A stretch of DNA of 64,000 nucleotides from Cetorhinus maximus. Its lineage: Eukaryota. Location of the stretch: contig NC_135899.1 of NCBI RefSeq assembly GCF_964194155.1, forward strand, positions 68,262,001 through 68,326,000, written 5' to 3'. Below are positions 12,589-23,339 of the stretch, one piece after another; position 1 is the stretch's first letter; the number at the start of each line of letters is the position of its first letter. Both the position numbers and the translations under genes were made by a program. Below the pieces are notes generated by a model, which did not search any database, was not told the origin of the DNA, and saw only the letters and a list, made by a program, of their open reading frames with translations.

Positions 12589-13005
12589 TGAGAACATAAG
12601 AAATAGGGGAGGTTGGGCACAGGCGCCATCGAACCTGCTCTGCCATTCAATAAGATCCTGACTGAACTTCTACATCAACTCCACTTTCCCACCATATCCC
12701 TGGGTTCCTCAAAAGTCTAAAAATCTGTTGATCTCAGCCTTGAACATACACAAAATATGAACACCCACAGCCCTCTGGGGTAGAGAATTCCAAAGGTTTA
12801 CAAACTCCTGAGTGAAGTTCCTGTTCATCTCTATTTTAAATGGCCAGCCCCTTAACTCTGAGACTACAACCCCTGGTTCTTGACTCTCCAGCCATGGAAA
12901 CAGCCTTTCAACAACTACTCAGTTAAGTCCTTTAAGAATTTAAAGTTTCAATGAGAACATCTCTCGTTGTTCTAAACTCCAGATATTTATAGACCCATTT
13001 TAATC
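12589..13005 (-). mobile_element. CR1-clade LINE 3' fragment
   Basis: agaacataagaaatagg tail and degenerate RT end. Confidence 0.75.
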
Positions 13006-13689
13006 AATGAGAGAAGTAAACAGTTCATGGAGCACAACTTGAGGAGGTTTAAAAATGCACCTACTTTACAGAAATAGAAATGTATAATAGTTTTCTAGCC
13101 GATATATTTAAGCATCATGCTTGCAAAATAATAAGCTTTATGTTGCAATTCTATTTTCTAGAAGTGACGAAAATATTCAAAAGGAATGAAACTTTACATA
13201 TCCTTATGTCAAATCAATGAAAATTAAATGTTTCCAAAATTGTGCGACAAAAATAGAACAAATGAAAAAGGTTCACATTTTAACAAACGGCAGTAAGTAA
13301 TGTCACCAATATTGGGCGGTGGCTTGACTGGGAGGGAAAATTTAAGGTATAAAAAGTGAGTATATTACCAGTTTAGGGAGTGGACCGCCATCTGCCATCC
13401 CTTACATCATAAGCATCATCTTGTGTTAACCTAAATCAATCCCCGCCAAAAAAAAATTGCGCATAATCGACAACAGACAACACAGAGCAAGGGAAACAAG
13501 GTGGTCTTGCAGCTACTGACAGAGCATGGAAACGGGGGGGGCAGCTATTCAATACATGATGGAAGACTTTTAACTGCAGCAACTGACATAGTTAAACCCA
13601 CTAGGGAGGGAGGGAGAATGAACCCCCCCCCCCCAAATCATCAGCTGACAGGCTTGAAAATACCAACAGCCACCCAGGCTTCAAGTCTC

Positions 13690-14375
13690 AGGAGGGAGGA
13701 AGCGGGCCGATCCGACAGACAAAAGAGCCGAGAAGCGTCACCTGGGGGGAACAATCCCCACTGGATCCCAGTCAGCCGAGACTGAGAGCCGGGGCCCCCG
13801 CCTGCGCGCCAAGCCGAAGCCCGAGCCAGCCCCGCTCGCCGCCTCCATTTTGCTCTTACCTCCGTACGCGGCTGCGTCTCCGACACAGACATAGCGGAGT
13901 AATTAATGCAAAACACTTGAAAAAGAGATTTTTTTTTTAAAAATGGCGTCAGTTCTGAAGTGCCGTTGGTGTCAGAAACTCAGAGTTTAAAAAAAAATTA
14001 CTTCATTCCAACCATTAAAGACGAAGCGGCTCCACTCGCCAACAGCGGAAAACCGACAAGCTCTCCAAATTTGACCTCCCCGCACAGCGCACGCGCCGCA
14101 ATCAGGGCCCCGCCCCAGCGCTCGGTGCTCCTTGATTGGTGCCGGCGAGATGGACCACGCCCCTTCTCTGCCATAAATGGCGAGGCAGCACTGCAGCCAC
14201 GCCCCCCCCCCCCCTGCGGCCCGGGAGGCACCGGGTCCCCACTCCAGGGTGATTGTAACAACGAAAGACTCCGCCCCTTTCCTGGGATGATTGACGTGTG
14301 CAGCGCGCCGGGCGTCAGCTGGCGCCTGCGATTGGTGCCTTTTTCCCTCTGCGCTGCGGCGGCAAATTTGAAATA
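13690..14375. promoter_or_regulatory. CpG-island promoter of CLSPN with cell-cycle motifs
   Basis: GC/CpG-rich; inverted CCAAT (GATTGG) near 14134 and 14330, GC box near 14108, YY1-like AAAATGGCG near 13940, E2F-like GCGGCAAA at 14359-14366 abutting CHR TTTGAA at 14367-14372. Confidence 0.75.
13860..13892 (-). CDS. CLSPN: Claspin coding exon 1 (MSVSETQPRTE)
   Basis: ATG at 13892, GAG|gtaaga donor, 33 nt phase 0, inside a CpG-rich island; short first coding exon as in tetrapod CLSPN. Confidence 0.8.
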
Positions 14376-15456
14376 GATAAAAGCAAAGATCTGCGGATGC
14401 TGGAAATCCAAAACAAAAACAAAAATACCTGGATAAACTCAGCAGGTCTGGCAGCATCGATGGAGAGGAATACAGTTAACGTTTCGAGTCCGAGTTCAAC
14501 AGAACTAATTAAAAATAGAGAAGGGGTGAAATATAAGCTGGTTTAAGGGGGGGGGGGGGGGGTTTGCGGGGCGGGGGTTGGGGCAAGAAGAGCTAGGTAG
14601 AGGGCCAGTGATAGGTGGAGATAACCAAAAGATGTCACAAACAAAAGGACAAAGAGGTGTTGAAGGTGGTGATATTATCTAAAGGATGTGCTAATTAAGG
14701 GTAGAAAGCAGGACAAGCAAGGTACAGATAGCTCTAGCGGGGGTGGGGGGAAGGAATCGAAAAGGGCTAAAAGGTAGAGATAAAACAATGGATGGAAATA
14801 CATTTAAAAATAATAGAAATAGGTGGGAAAAGAAAAATCTATATAAATTATTGGAAAAAACAAAGAGGGGGGAAATCGGAAAGGGGGTGGGGATGGAGGG
14901 TAGAATTCATGATCTAAAGTTGTTGAACTCAATATTAAGTCCGGAAGGCTGTAAAGTGCCTCGTCGGAAGATGAGGTGCTGTTCCTCCAGTTTGTGTTGA
15001 GCTTCACTGGAATAATGCAGCAAGCCAAGGATGGACAAGTGGGCATGAGAGCAGGGTGGAGTGTTGAAATGGCAAGCGGCAGGGAGGTCTGGGTAATGCT
15101 TGCAGACAGACCGAAGGTCATGAACTGTCTCCTCCATCCCCACCCCCTTTCCAATTTTCCCCCTCCTTTTTGTTTTATCCAATAATTTATATAGATTTTT
15201 CTTTTCCCACCTATTTCCATTATTTTTAAATGTATTTCCATCCATACCTTTTAGCCCTTTTTGATTCCTTCACCCCACCCCACCCCACCCCACCCCCACT
15301 AGGGCTATCTGTACCTTGCTTGTCCAGCTTTCTACCCTTAATTAGCACATTCCTTTAGATAATATCACCACCTTCAACACCTCTTTGTCCTTTTGTCTGT
15401 GACATCTTTTGGTTATCTCCACCTATAACTGGCCATCTACCTAACTCTTCTTGTCC

Positions 15457-15797
15457 CACCCTCCCCCCAACCCTCCCCCCAACCCTCCCCCCAACCCTCC
15501 CCCCAACCCTCCCCCCAACCCTCCCCCCAACCCTCCCCCCAACCCTCCCCCCAACCCTCCCCCCAACCCTCCCCCCAACCCTCCCCCCAACCCTCCCCCC
15601 AACCCTCCCCCCAACCCTCCCCCCAACCCTCCCCCCAACCCTCCCCCCAACCCTCCCCCCAACCCTCCCCCCAACCCTCCCCCCAACCCTCCCCCCAACC
15701 CTCCCCCCAACCCTCCCCCCAACCCTCCCCCCAACCCTCCCCCCAACCCTCCCCCCAACCCTCCCCCCAACCCTCCCCCCAACCCTCCCCCCAACCC
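15457..15797. repeat. Perfect 12-bp tandem repeat (AACCCTCCCCCC) x about 28; G-quadruplex-prone on the minus strand
   Basis: 27 identical units at 15469-15792 plus imperfect flanking units. Confidence 0.97.
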
Positions 15798-15857
15798 TCT
15801 CCCCCCTCCCCCCTCCTTTAAACCAGCTTATATTTCACCCCTTTTCTATTTTTAATG

Positions 15858-15896
15858 AGTTCTGTTGAAGAGTCATGCGGACTCGAAACGTCAACT
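15858..15896 (+). ncRNA. Minimal hammerhead-like motif (CUGUUGA core, GUC triplet)
   Basis: AGTT-CTGTTGA-A-GAGTC-atgcg-GACTC-GAAACGTC-AACT. Confidence 0.7.
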
Positions 15897-15961
15897 ATGC
15901 TCCTCTCCACCGATGCTGCCAGACCTGCTGAGTTTTTCCAGGTAAATTTGAAATAGACCTC

Positions 15962-16070
15962 TGTGCTGATGAAGAGTCACACGGACTCGAAACGTTAACT
16001 CTATCTTCCTCTCCACAGATGCTGTCAGACCTGCTGAGTTTTTCCAGCAATTTCTGTGTTTGTGTTTGTG
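15962..16070 (+). mobile_element. ~110-bp PLE 3' terminal insert carrying a hammerhead-like motif with canonical CTGATGA core
   Basis: CTGATGA-A-GAGTC-acacg-GACTC-GAAACGTTAAC at 15966-15999; 15-bp TSD TTTGAAATAGACCTC at 15947-15961 and 16071-16085. Confidence 0.85.
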
Positions 16071-16249
16071 TTTGAAATAGACCTCCTCTTTTTGACCTGG
16101 TGCTGAGTGACACACAGTTGCCCCATTGGCACATAACAGAAACATAATAGCAACATGGCAAATGCCCTTGCAAGGTACCATTAATATAATAAATAAACAA
16201 TACATTCAAATATATAAACGTGTCCAATACAGCAACAGAAAAAAATCAT

Positions 16250-16970
16250 TGAAACATTTGCACCATAGGTTAGCAAGGCCATAAAAAAAACAAACCAAGC
16301 ACTAAGCTTTATTTCTGGAGAGGTAGAATTGAAAAGTAAGTAAGTTATGCTAAACCTATACCAGACCTTGGTGAGTACTTCATGCAGTGCTAGTCGCCCT
16401 ATTATGAAAAGGATATAGAGGGTGCAGAGAGGATTTACAAAGATGATACCAGAAATGTATGGGCATACACATCAGGAAAGGATTAACAGGCTGGATCTCT
16501 TCTCTCGTGAAAAAGGGGTGACCTAATAGAGGTATTTAAAGTTATGGAAGATTTTGATACAGAAAGAATGTTTCCTCTTGTGGGGAAGAGCATAACCAGA
16601 GGCCATCAATTTAAGATAGTCACAAAAAATCTGATAGGGAATTCAGGAAAACATAGCTCTTTACCCGAAGAGTGGTAAAAATGTGGAACTCACAACCACA
16701 GGGAGTGGTTGAAGCAAATAGCATAGATGCATTTAAGGAGAAACTAGACAAGCATGTGAAGGAGGAGGGATTTGGTGGTGACAATGGCAGATTTGGATGA
16801 GGAAATAGAAAAAGAAAATGCTGCAAAAACTCAGCAGGTATGGTAGCATCTGTGGAAACAGAAACAGAGTTAATGTTGAGTCCAAAAGGTGGGAAAAGAC
16901 TCAAGTGGAACAAAAACATGGACAGATTGGGTCAAATTTCTGTGCCATATGTCCTATATAATCCTATGCA
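16250..16970 (+). mobile_element. CR1-clade LINE 3' fragment with a nested PLE-end fragment (about 16803-16883, minus)
   Basis: Degenerate RT end (GDLIEVFK..RVVKMWNS); interrupted by aaaatgctgcaaaaactcagcagg..gagttaatgttgagtcc. Confidence 0.8.
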
Positions 16971-17124
16971 AGGTTTTCACCTTCCTTCACTCAACTGCTG
17001 CTCCCTGTAGACTACAGGTCTCCGTACCTTTCAATAAACTCACTGATCCTGGTTGCAGCTGAGTCCATTTGATATAGAAACACAAATGAGGAAGAGGGGG
17101 GTGGTGACTGCTGAAAATTTTTGC

Positions 17125-17650
17125 ACGCATATAACTTGCTCAGCTGTGACTTTCTGGTAGTACTCTCCCCTCAGTGAGCAGATTGAAGGTTCAAGGCCAA
17201 CCTTTGAGGCTGCAGCTTGTAATCTAGCCTGACATTCAGTGCAATACATTAAAGCTCCCATGGTACCATGTTGAAGAGCAGGGGCATTCTCCCCAGTGCC
17301 CTAGCCAATATTTTTCCCTCAGTCAACATCTGTTAAGCTGTTAAACAAACAGAAAATGCTGGAATTACTCAGGTCAGGCAGCATTAGACTTGCAATGTGA
17401 ACTGAAACAGAACTCTCTACAGGTGCTGCCTTGCTTGTTGAGTTCTTCCTGTATTCTCAGTTTTAGATTTCCAGTATCCACATTATTTTGATTTTGTATT
17501 GGTAAAATTGATGATCTGGTTATTATTACATTGCTGTGTATAATTAGCCAGCACTTTTGTTATATTACAACACTCCAAAAAGTACTTTGTTAGCTGTAGA
17601 ATGCTTTGGACATTCAGAGGTTGTGAAAGTCACTGAATAAATTCACGTGG
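17125..17650 (+). mobile_element. Deu-domain-type SINE with nested PLE-derived hairpin (about 17345-17500)
   Basis: Reverse complement of the family at 44322 and 52868; the insert has inverted arms acagaaaatgctgg..ctcag / gctgcc..gagtt..tagatttccag. Confidence 0.6.
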
Positions 17651-18151
17651 CTCTGAGCATTTCAGCCCATTATGCCTGCATGGGCTCTTTGAAAGAGCAT
17701 TCATGCTTCGTCCCACATCTGTGCTTCTTGATCATACCCTCCAAGTTCCTCATCCTCATTTTATATAACCTATTCCTCTTAATTCAAAGTTGCTTAACCT
17801 AAACTGAAAATTTATCACAGGATTACACTTTGAGTTCTAAATTTATCAATCTGAAACTTAACTCTTTCTATTTTAATTCGCACCTTGCTGTCTTTTTAAG
17901 GTTTTTTAAATTAAAATAAACTTTGTATTACTAGTAGATCTTACAATGGTATCAACCATCAGCTAGATTGAATTAAGCATTACACCAATAATAGTATCTT
18001 ACCTTATTAGAATTATACCTTAAACCATAATTTACAATGAATCACCATTTGCTTTACAATTATGGGAACAAAGCAGCATAAGCAAGCAGCAGCTAATTTA
18101 TAAACTGCTAATCACCATCCATCCTGACAATAGGAGCACAACGGTAGTAAA

Positions 18152-18925
18152 CAAAAGACTTGTATTTATATATCACCATTCACAACCTCAGGATTTTAAA
18201 AAATTTCCCGAGATGTGGGCATCACTGGCTAGGCCAGCATTTATTGCCCATCCCCAATTGCCCTTGTTCAGAGGGTATTTAGGAGTCAACCACATTACGA
18301 TGGGTCTGGAGTCACGTGTAGGCCAGACCAGGTAAGAACAGCAGATATCCTTCCTTAAAGGACATCAGTGAACCAGATGAGCTTTTACGACAATGGCTTC
18401 ATGCTCATCATCAGACTTTTAATTCCAGGTTTTTATTGAATTCAAATTTCACCATCTACCATGGTGGGATTCCCAGAGAATTACCCTGGGTCTCTGGAAT
18501 ACCAGTCCAGTGACAATACCACAATGCCACTGCCTTCCCTAACAACCAACTAAATAATTTTGAAGTGGAGTTACTGTTGTAAAGAAGGGAATATAGCAGC
18601 AATGCATGCATAGCTAAACTCCCACAAATAGCAATGTGATAATGACCATTTAATGTGTTTAAGATATTAATTGAGGGATGAATATTGGCCAGGGCACCAG
18701 GGATAACTCCCCTGCTCTTTTTTGAAGTGGTGCCATAGGAACTTATATATCCACCTGAGAGAAAACAGGGCTTTGGCTTAACGTCTCATCTGAAAGACCA
18801 TCTAAGGCCACGCAGCACTCCCTCAGTAATGCATCAGAGTGTTCGTCTCAATTTTAATGGTCAAGTCTCTAGAATGGGACTTGAACCCAAAGCCCACTGG
18901 CTCAGAGACAGGAATGATGCCAACT
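18152..18925 (-). mobile_element. Deu-domain-type SINE interrupted by a younger tRNA-derived SINE (about 18200-18535)
   Basis: aaagacttgtatttatata..cacaacctcagga breaks at about 18195 and resumes at about 18540; the insert is the reverse complement of 56511-56900. Confidence 0.75.
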
Positions 18926-19715
18926 ACCAAATTACATTCCTAACTGAGAAGCAGATCACTGAAGTTACATTTTTAAAATTTGTTGTCCGTCTGTGACTAA
19001 CATTGGTAAGGCAGAATTTACTACCCATCTCTAATTGCCCCAAGAACATTAAGGGTCAACTAAATAGTATGGAAGTGGAGCCACATGAAAGCCAGGATGA
19101 TGGTTCACTTCTCTGAAGGACATTAGTGAACAAGTTGAGTTATGACAGTACAAGAATTTCATGGCCATTTCAGGTCAGTTTTATTTGAAATGTCTTACTC
19201 TTAAAAATCCCCCTTTAATTTGTTTAACAATAAGTCTAAGCTCCCTGGGGCTCACAACTCCAGCAGCCTTCAAGCAGCCATTACAATACTTCATTGAATA
19301 GGTTGGTATCTATCTTAGTGTTTATCATAACTTTTTGAAGTGTCACATGCAGAAAGTGTGGATCAGAGGGCAAAACTTTCTTTTGATATTGAGAAAGATA
19401 CTGAGACAATAAATGAGAGAGAAAGTAAATGAGAGGCAGAGGAAACAATGGCCATACAGAACAGACATAGGAAAGGAAAACCTTATACCAAGAGAAAGAA
19501 ACTCAAACACAGGCATAAAGCTGGCAAGAAAAGGGATACCAAAACCAAGAAAGACAAAGACAAACTGAAAGGCAAATTAATTTGGGAATGGAAAACAAAT
19601 TGGGAGTTATAGGAAAGGAGATATTTTTTACCATGAGTTATGGCACAGGACTAATTTCTGTTAAGAAGCAAATACTGTTAGAATGAATTATGCATCACTG
19701 CAGTAGCTCCACAGG

Positions 19716-20685
19716 GTCCTCAGCCCAACTATCTTCAGTTGTTTCATCAATGACCTTCCTTCCATTATAAGGTCAGAAGTGGGGATGTTCGCTGATGATT
19801 CACAATGTTCAGCACCATTCATGACTCCTCAGATACTGAAGCAGTCCATGTCAAAACGCAGCAAAATCTAGGCAATATCCAGGCTTGGGCTGACAAATGG
19901 CAAGTAACATTCGTGCCACACAAGTGCCAGGCAATGACCATCTCCAACAAGAGAGAAGCCAACCATCACCCCTTGACGTTCAATGTCATTACCATCACTG
20001 AATCCCCCACTATCAACATCCTGGGGGTTACCATTAACCAGAAACTGAACTGGACTAGCCATATAAATAATGGGGCTACAAGAGCAGGTCAGAGGCTAGG
20101 AATCCTGCGACGAGTAACTCACCTCCCGACTTCCCAAAGCCTGTCCACCATCTACAAGGCACAAGTCAGTAGTGTGATGGAATACTTTCCACTTGCCTGG
20201 ATGAGTGCAGCTCCAACAACACTCAAGAAGCTTGACACCACTCAGGGCAATGCAGCCTGCTTGACTGACGATTGACATCCCTTCCACAAACATTCACTCC
20301 CTCCACCACCAAGGAACAGTGGCAGCAGCGCCTACTATCTACAAGATGCACTGCAGAAACTCACCAAGCCTCCTTAGGCATTACCTTCCAAATCCACAGC
20401 CGCTACCATATAGAAGGACAAGGGCAGCAGATACAAAGGAACACCACCAGCTAGAAGTTCGCTCCAAGCCACTCACCATCATGGCTTGGAAATATATCGC
20501 CATTACTCCACTGTCGCTGGGTCAAAATCCTGGAACTCCCTCCCTAACACTATTGTGGGTGTATCTACATCAAATAGACTGCAGCTGTTCAAGAAGGCAG
20601 GTCACCACCATCTTCTCAAGTGCAATTAGGGATGGGCAATAAATGCTGGCTGAGCTAGCGACGGCACATCCCGTAAAATGAGTTT
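19716..20685 (+). mobile_element. Non-LTR LINE 3' part (CR1/L2 superclade, lineage distinct from the other CR1 copies)
   Basis: PQG..PTIFSCFINDLP..MFADD..QAWADKWQVTF..KCQ..ILGVTI..LNWTSHI..IYKAQV..MEY; 3' tail gggatgggcaataaatgctggc. Confidence 0.88.
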
Positions 20686-21307
20686 TAAAATTGCACACAT
20701 TTACTTTAAAAATAAGTTACTTTAATTCTGCTCAATTGGCAGAATAGATTAAAAAATATCTGGCACTGCAGAAAGAGCCAGTCTATTTTGATATGATGTG
20801 CAGGGTATAATAAATACATCAAATGGACATTGGCTTGAGACAAATAATTAAATAATAATTAAGACAAATAATAACTTTCCTCATCTTTATTCCTGCTCCC
20901 ATTCTTTACATTAACAGCAAAAGGCCAGTGGCAATATGTAGCCCTTAAAAGATTAAGTAAATGGAAGTGCATTATCAAAGCCACTTTGCCACTTGTTAAG
21001 TGTTAAAACGATTATCCACAATCTTACTAATTTATCTGGAATGCTGACATTATAGAATTTAAATTAGGAAAGAACTGTTTTTGCATTAAAATAAGCCAAT
21101 TTAGAGGAGCTTAAATTCCAGTGTAATTATATGGGCACCAATCATATAAGAACTTCTCGACATCAGCTAATGCATGATATAACATAACAATTTTCTAAAT
21201 TCAGATCTATTCATCAGTATTGCAGATTAGTATATAAATGTTGTGGTGGGGATTGAGGATGGTTTATAAATTTCAAGTGCATGTTTCAGTTATCAAGAAC
21301 TGCAGTA

Positions 21308-22990
21308 CATAGAAATATAGAAAATAGCAGATCATTCGGCCCTTCGAGCCTGCTCCACCATTCAATATGATCATGGCCGATCCTCTACCTCAATGCCATA
21401 CTCCCACTCTCACCCGATACCCCTTGATGCCTTTAGAGTCTATAAGTCTATTTCCTTCTTAAATATATTCAGTGACTTGGCCCCCACTGCCTTCAGTGGT
21501 AGAGAATTCCACAGGTTCACCACCCTGAGTAAAGACAATTCTCCTCATCTGAGTCCTAAATGGCCTACCCTGTATCCTGTGACAGTGACCCCTTGTTTTA
21601 GAACTCCCCCCAGCCAGAGGAAACATCATCCCTGCATCCATTCTGTCTCACCCTGTCAAATTTTACGCACTTCAATGGGATCCCCTCTCATTCATCTAAT
21701 CTCCAGTGAATACAGGCCGAGGATAGATCAATAGAGAAGCAGTGGCAGGCATTTAAGGGGATATTTCAGAGTATTCAGAATAAGTACATTCTTACTATTA
21801 AGAAAAATTCTAAGGGGAGGACCCACCATCCTTGGTTAACTAAACATGTTAAGGAAAGCATCAAACTTAAGGAAAAAGCATACAAACTCTACAAAGATGA
21901 GTGGCATGGATCGAGAATTGATTAGCAGACAGGAAACAGAGTAGGAATAAATGCGTCTTTTTCGGAGTGGCAGGCAGTGACTAGTGGGGTACCATAGGGA
22001 TCAATGCTTGGGCCCCAGCTATTCACGATATATATCAATGATTTGGGTGAGGGAATCAAATATTTCCAAGTTTGCTGATGACACAAAACTTGATGGGAGT
22101 GTCAGCGATGAGAAGGGTGTTAAGAGGCTTTAAGGCGAGTTAGAAAGGGTCAGAGAGTGGGTAAATACATGGCAGATGCAGTATATCATGGATAAGTGTG
22201 AAGTTATCCACTTTGGTAGAAAAGACAGAATGGCAGAGTATTATTTAAATGGTGATAGATTGAAAAATGTTGATGTACAAAGGGACCAGAGTGTCCTTGT
22301 ACACCAATCACTGAAAGCAAGCATGCAGGTGCAGCAAGCAGTTAAGGAGGCAAAAGTAGGCTTTCATTGCGAGAAGACTTGAGTACAGGAGCAAGGATGT
22401 CTTACTGCAGCTGTACAGGGCCTTGGTGAGACCACACCTGGAGTTGTGTGCAGTTTTGGTCTCCTTACCTAAGAAAGGATATACTTGTCATAGAGGGAGT
22501 GCAGTGAAGGCTCACCAGGCTGATTCCTGGGATGGCAGGATTGTCATATGAGGAAAGATTGGGACGACTAGGCCTGTATTCACTGGAGTTTAGAAGAATG
22601 GGAGGGGATCTCATTGAAACGTATAAAATTCTGACAGGGATGGACAGACTGGATGCAGGAATATTTCCTCTGGCGGGGGGGTGGGTGGAATCTAGAGCAA
22701 GGAGTCACAGTCTCAGGATGAGGGGTAGGCCATTTAGGACCGAGATGAGGAGAAACCTTTCATGCAGAGGGTGGTGAACCTGTGGAATTCTCGACCACAG
22801 AGGGCTATGGGGGCCAAGTCACTGAAGGAAATAGATAAGATTTCTGGACTCTAAAGGCGTATTCTAAAGGGGTATGGGGAGAGAGCGGGAGTATGGTGTT
22901 GAGATAGAGGATTAGCCATGATCATACTGAGTGGCAGAGCAGGCTCAAAGGGCCGAATGACCTACTCCTGCTCCTATTTTCTATGTTTCA
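21308..22990. mobile_element. Two CR1 pieces head-to-head: minus 3' end (21308-21718) and internally deleted plus copy (21720-22990)
   Basis: VTSGVP.GS.LGP, SKFADDTKL, DKCEVIHFG, LSYEERLGRLGLYSLEFRRM.GDLIETYKI; both outer ends carry the (ctatttt/ctatgtt) tail. Confidence 0.88.
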
Positions 22991-23339
22991 AAATCTATAA
23001 AATTGCAGCAGTAGATGAGCTGCAAATGAAAGTGATTTTCTTTTCCTGCTTTTTATTACTGCCATGTTGATTTTTTTTTTGTCAGCATCAGGTTGAGGGT
23101 ACTATTAAGAACTGAACACCAATTTCAAGCATCCATCACACACTCCTAGGAAATGACAAAATGCTCTGGCTATAGCCAAAAATGACTTCTTCTCTGCCCC
23201 AATGCTTCTAATTTTAGAAGAGCACTGATGAGTCAGTGGTATTTCCACTTCTCACACCATCCATTTCAAAGGTCTTAGTGACATCGTCAATTTAGACTTG
23301 AAGAGTGGCCATTTTGGTGAGATACTAAAAGATCAAAAG

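Larger units (their letters stand above)
14378..15943. mobile_element. Fold-back PLE composite: inverted 3' part (about 14378-15117, minus) joined to a direct 3' repeat (about 15120-15943, plus)
   Basis: Left arm is the reverse complement of PLE 9790-10460 plus a distal tail; right arm matches PLE 10000-10450; 14-bp TSD AAATTTGAAATAGA at 14364-14377 and 15944-15957. Confidence 0.92.

Noticed and set aside
13960-14457. Overlapping 130-160 aa ORFs at the CLSPN promoter
   Set aside because: Stop-poor GC-rich island; no recognisable domains
15457-15797. CRISPR array or true interstitial telomere
   Set aside because: No spacers, eukaryotic context, and units are not contiguous TTAGGG
15441-15855. 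Gly-rich (GGGL)n and Pro-rich (PPPN)n ORFs
   Set aside because: Translation artefacts of the 12-bp tandem repeat; no splice or promoter support
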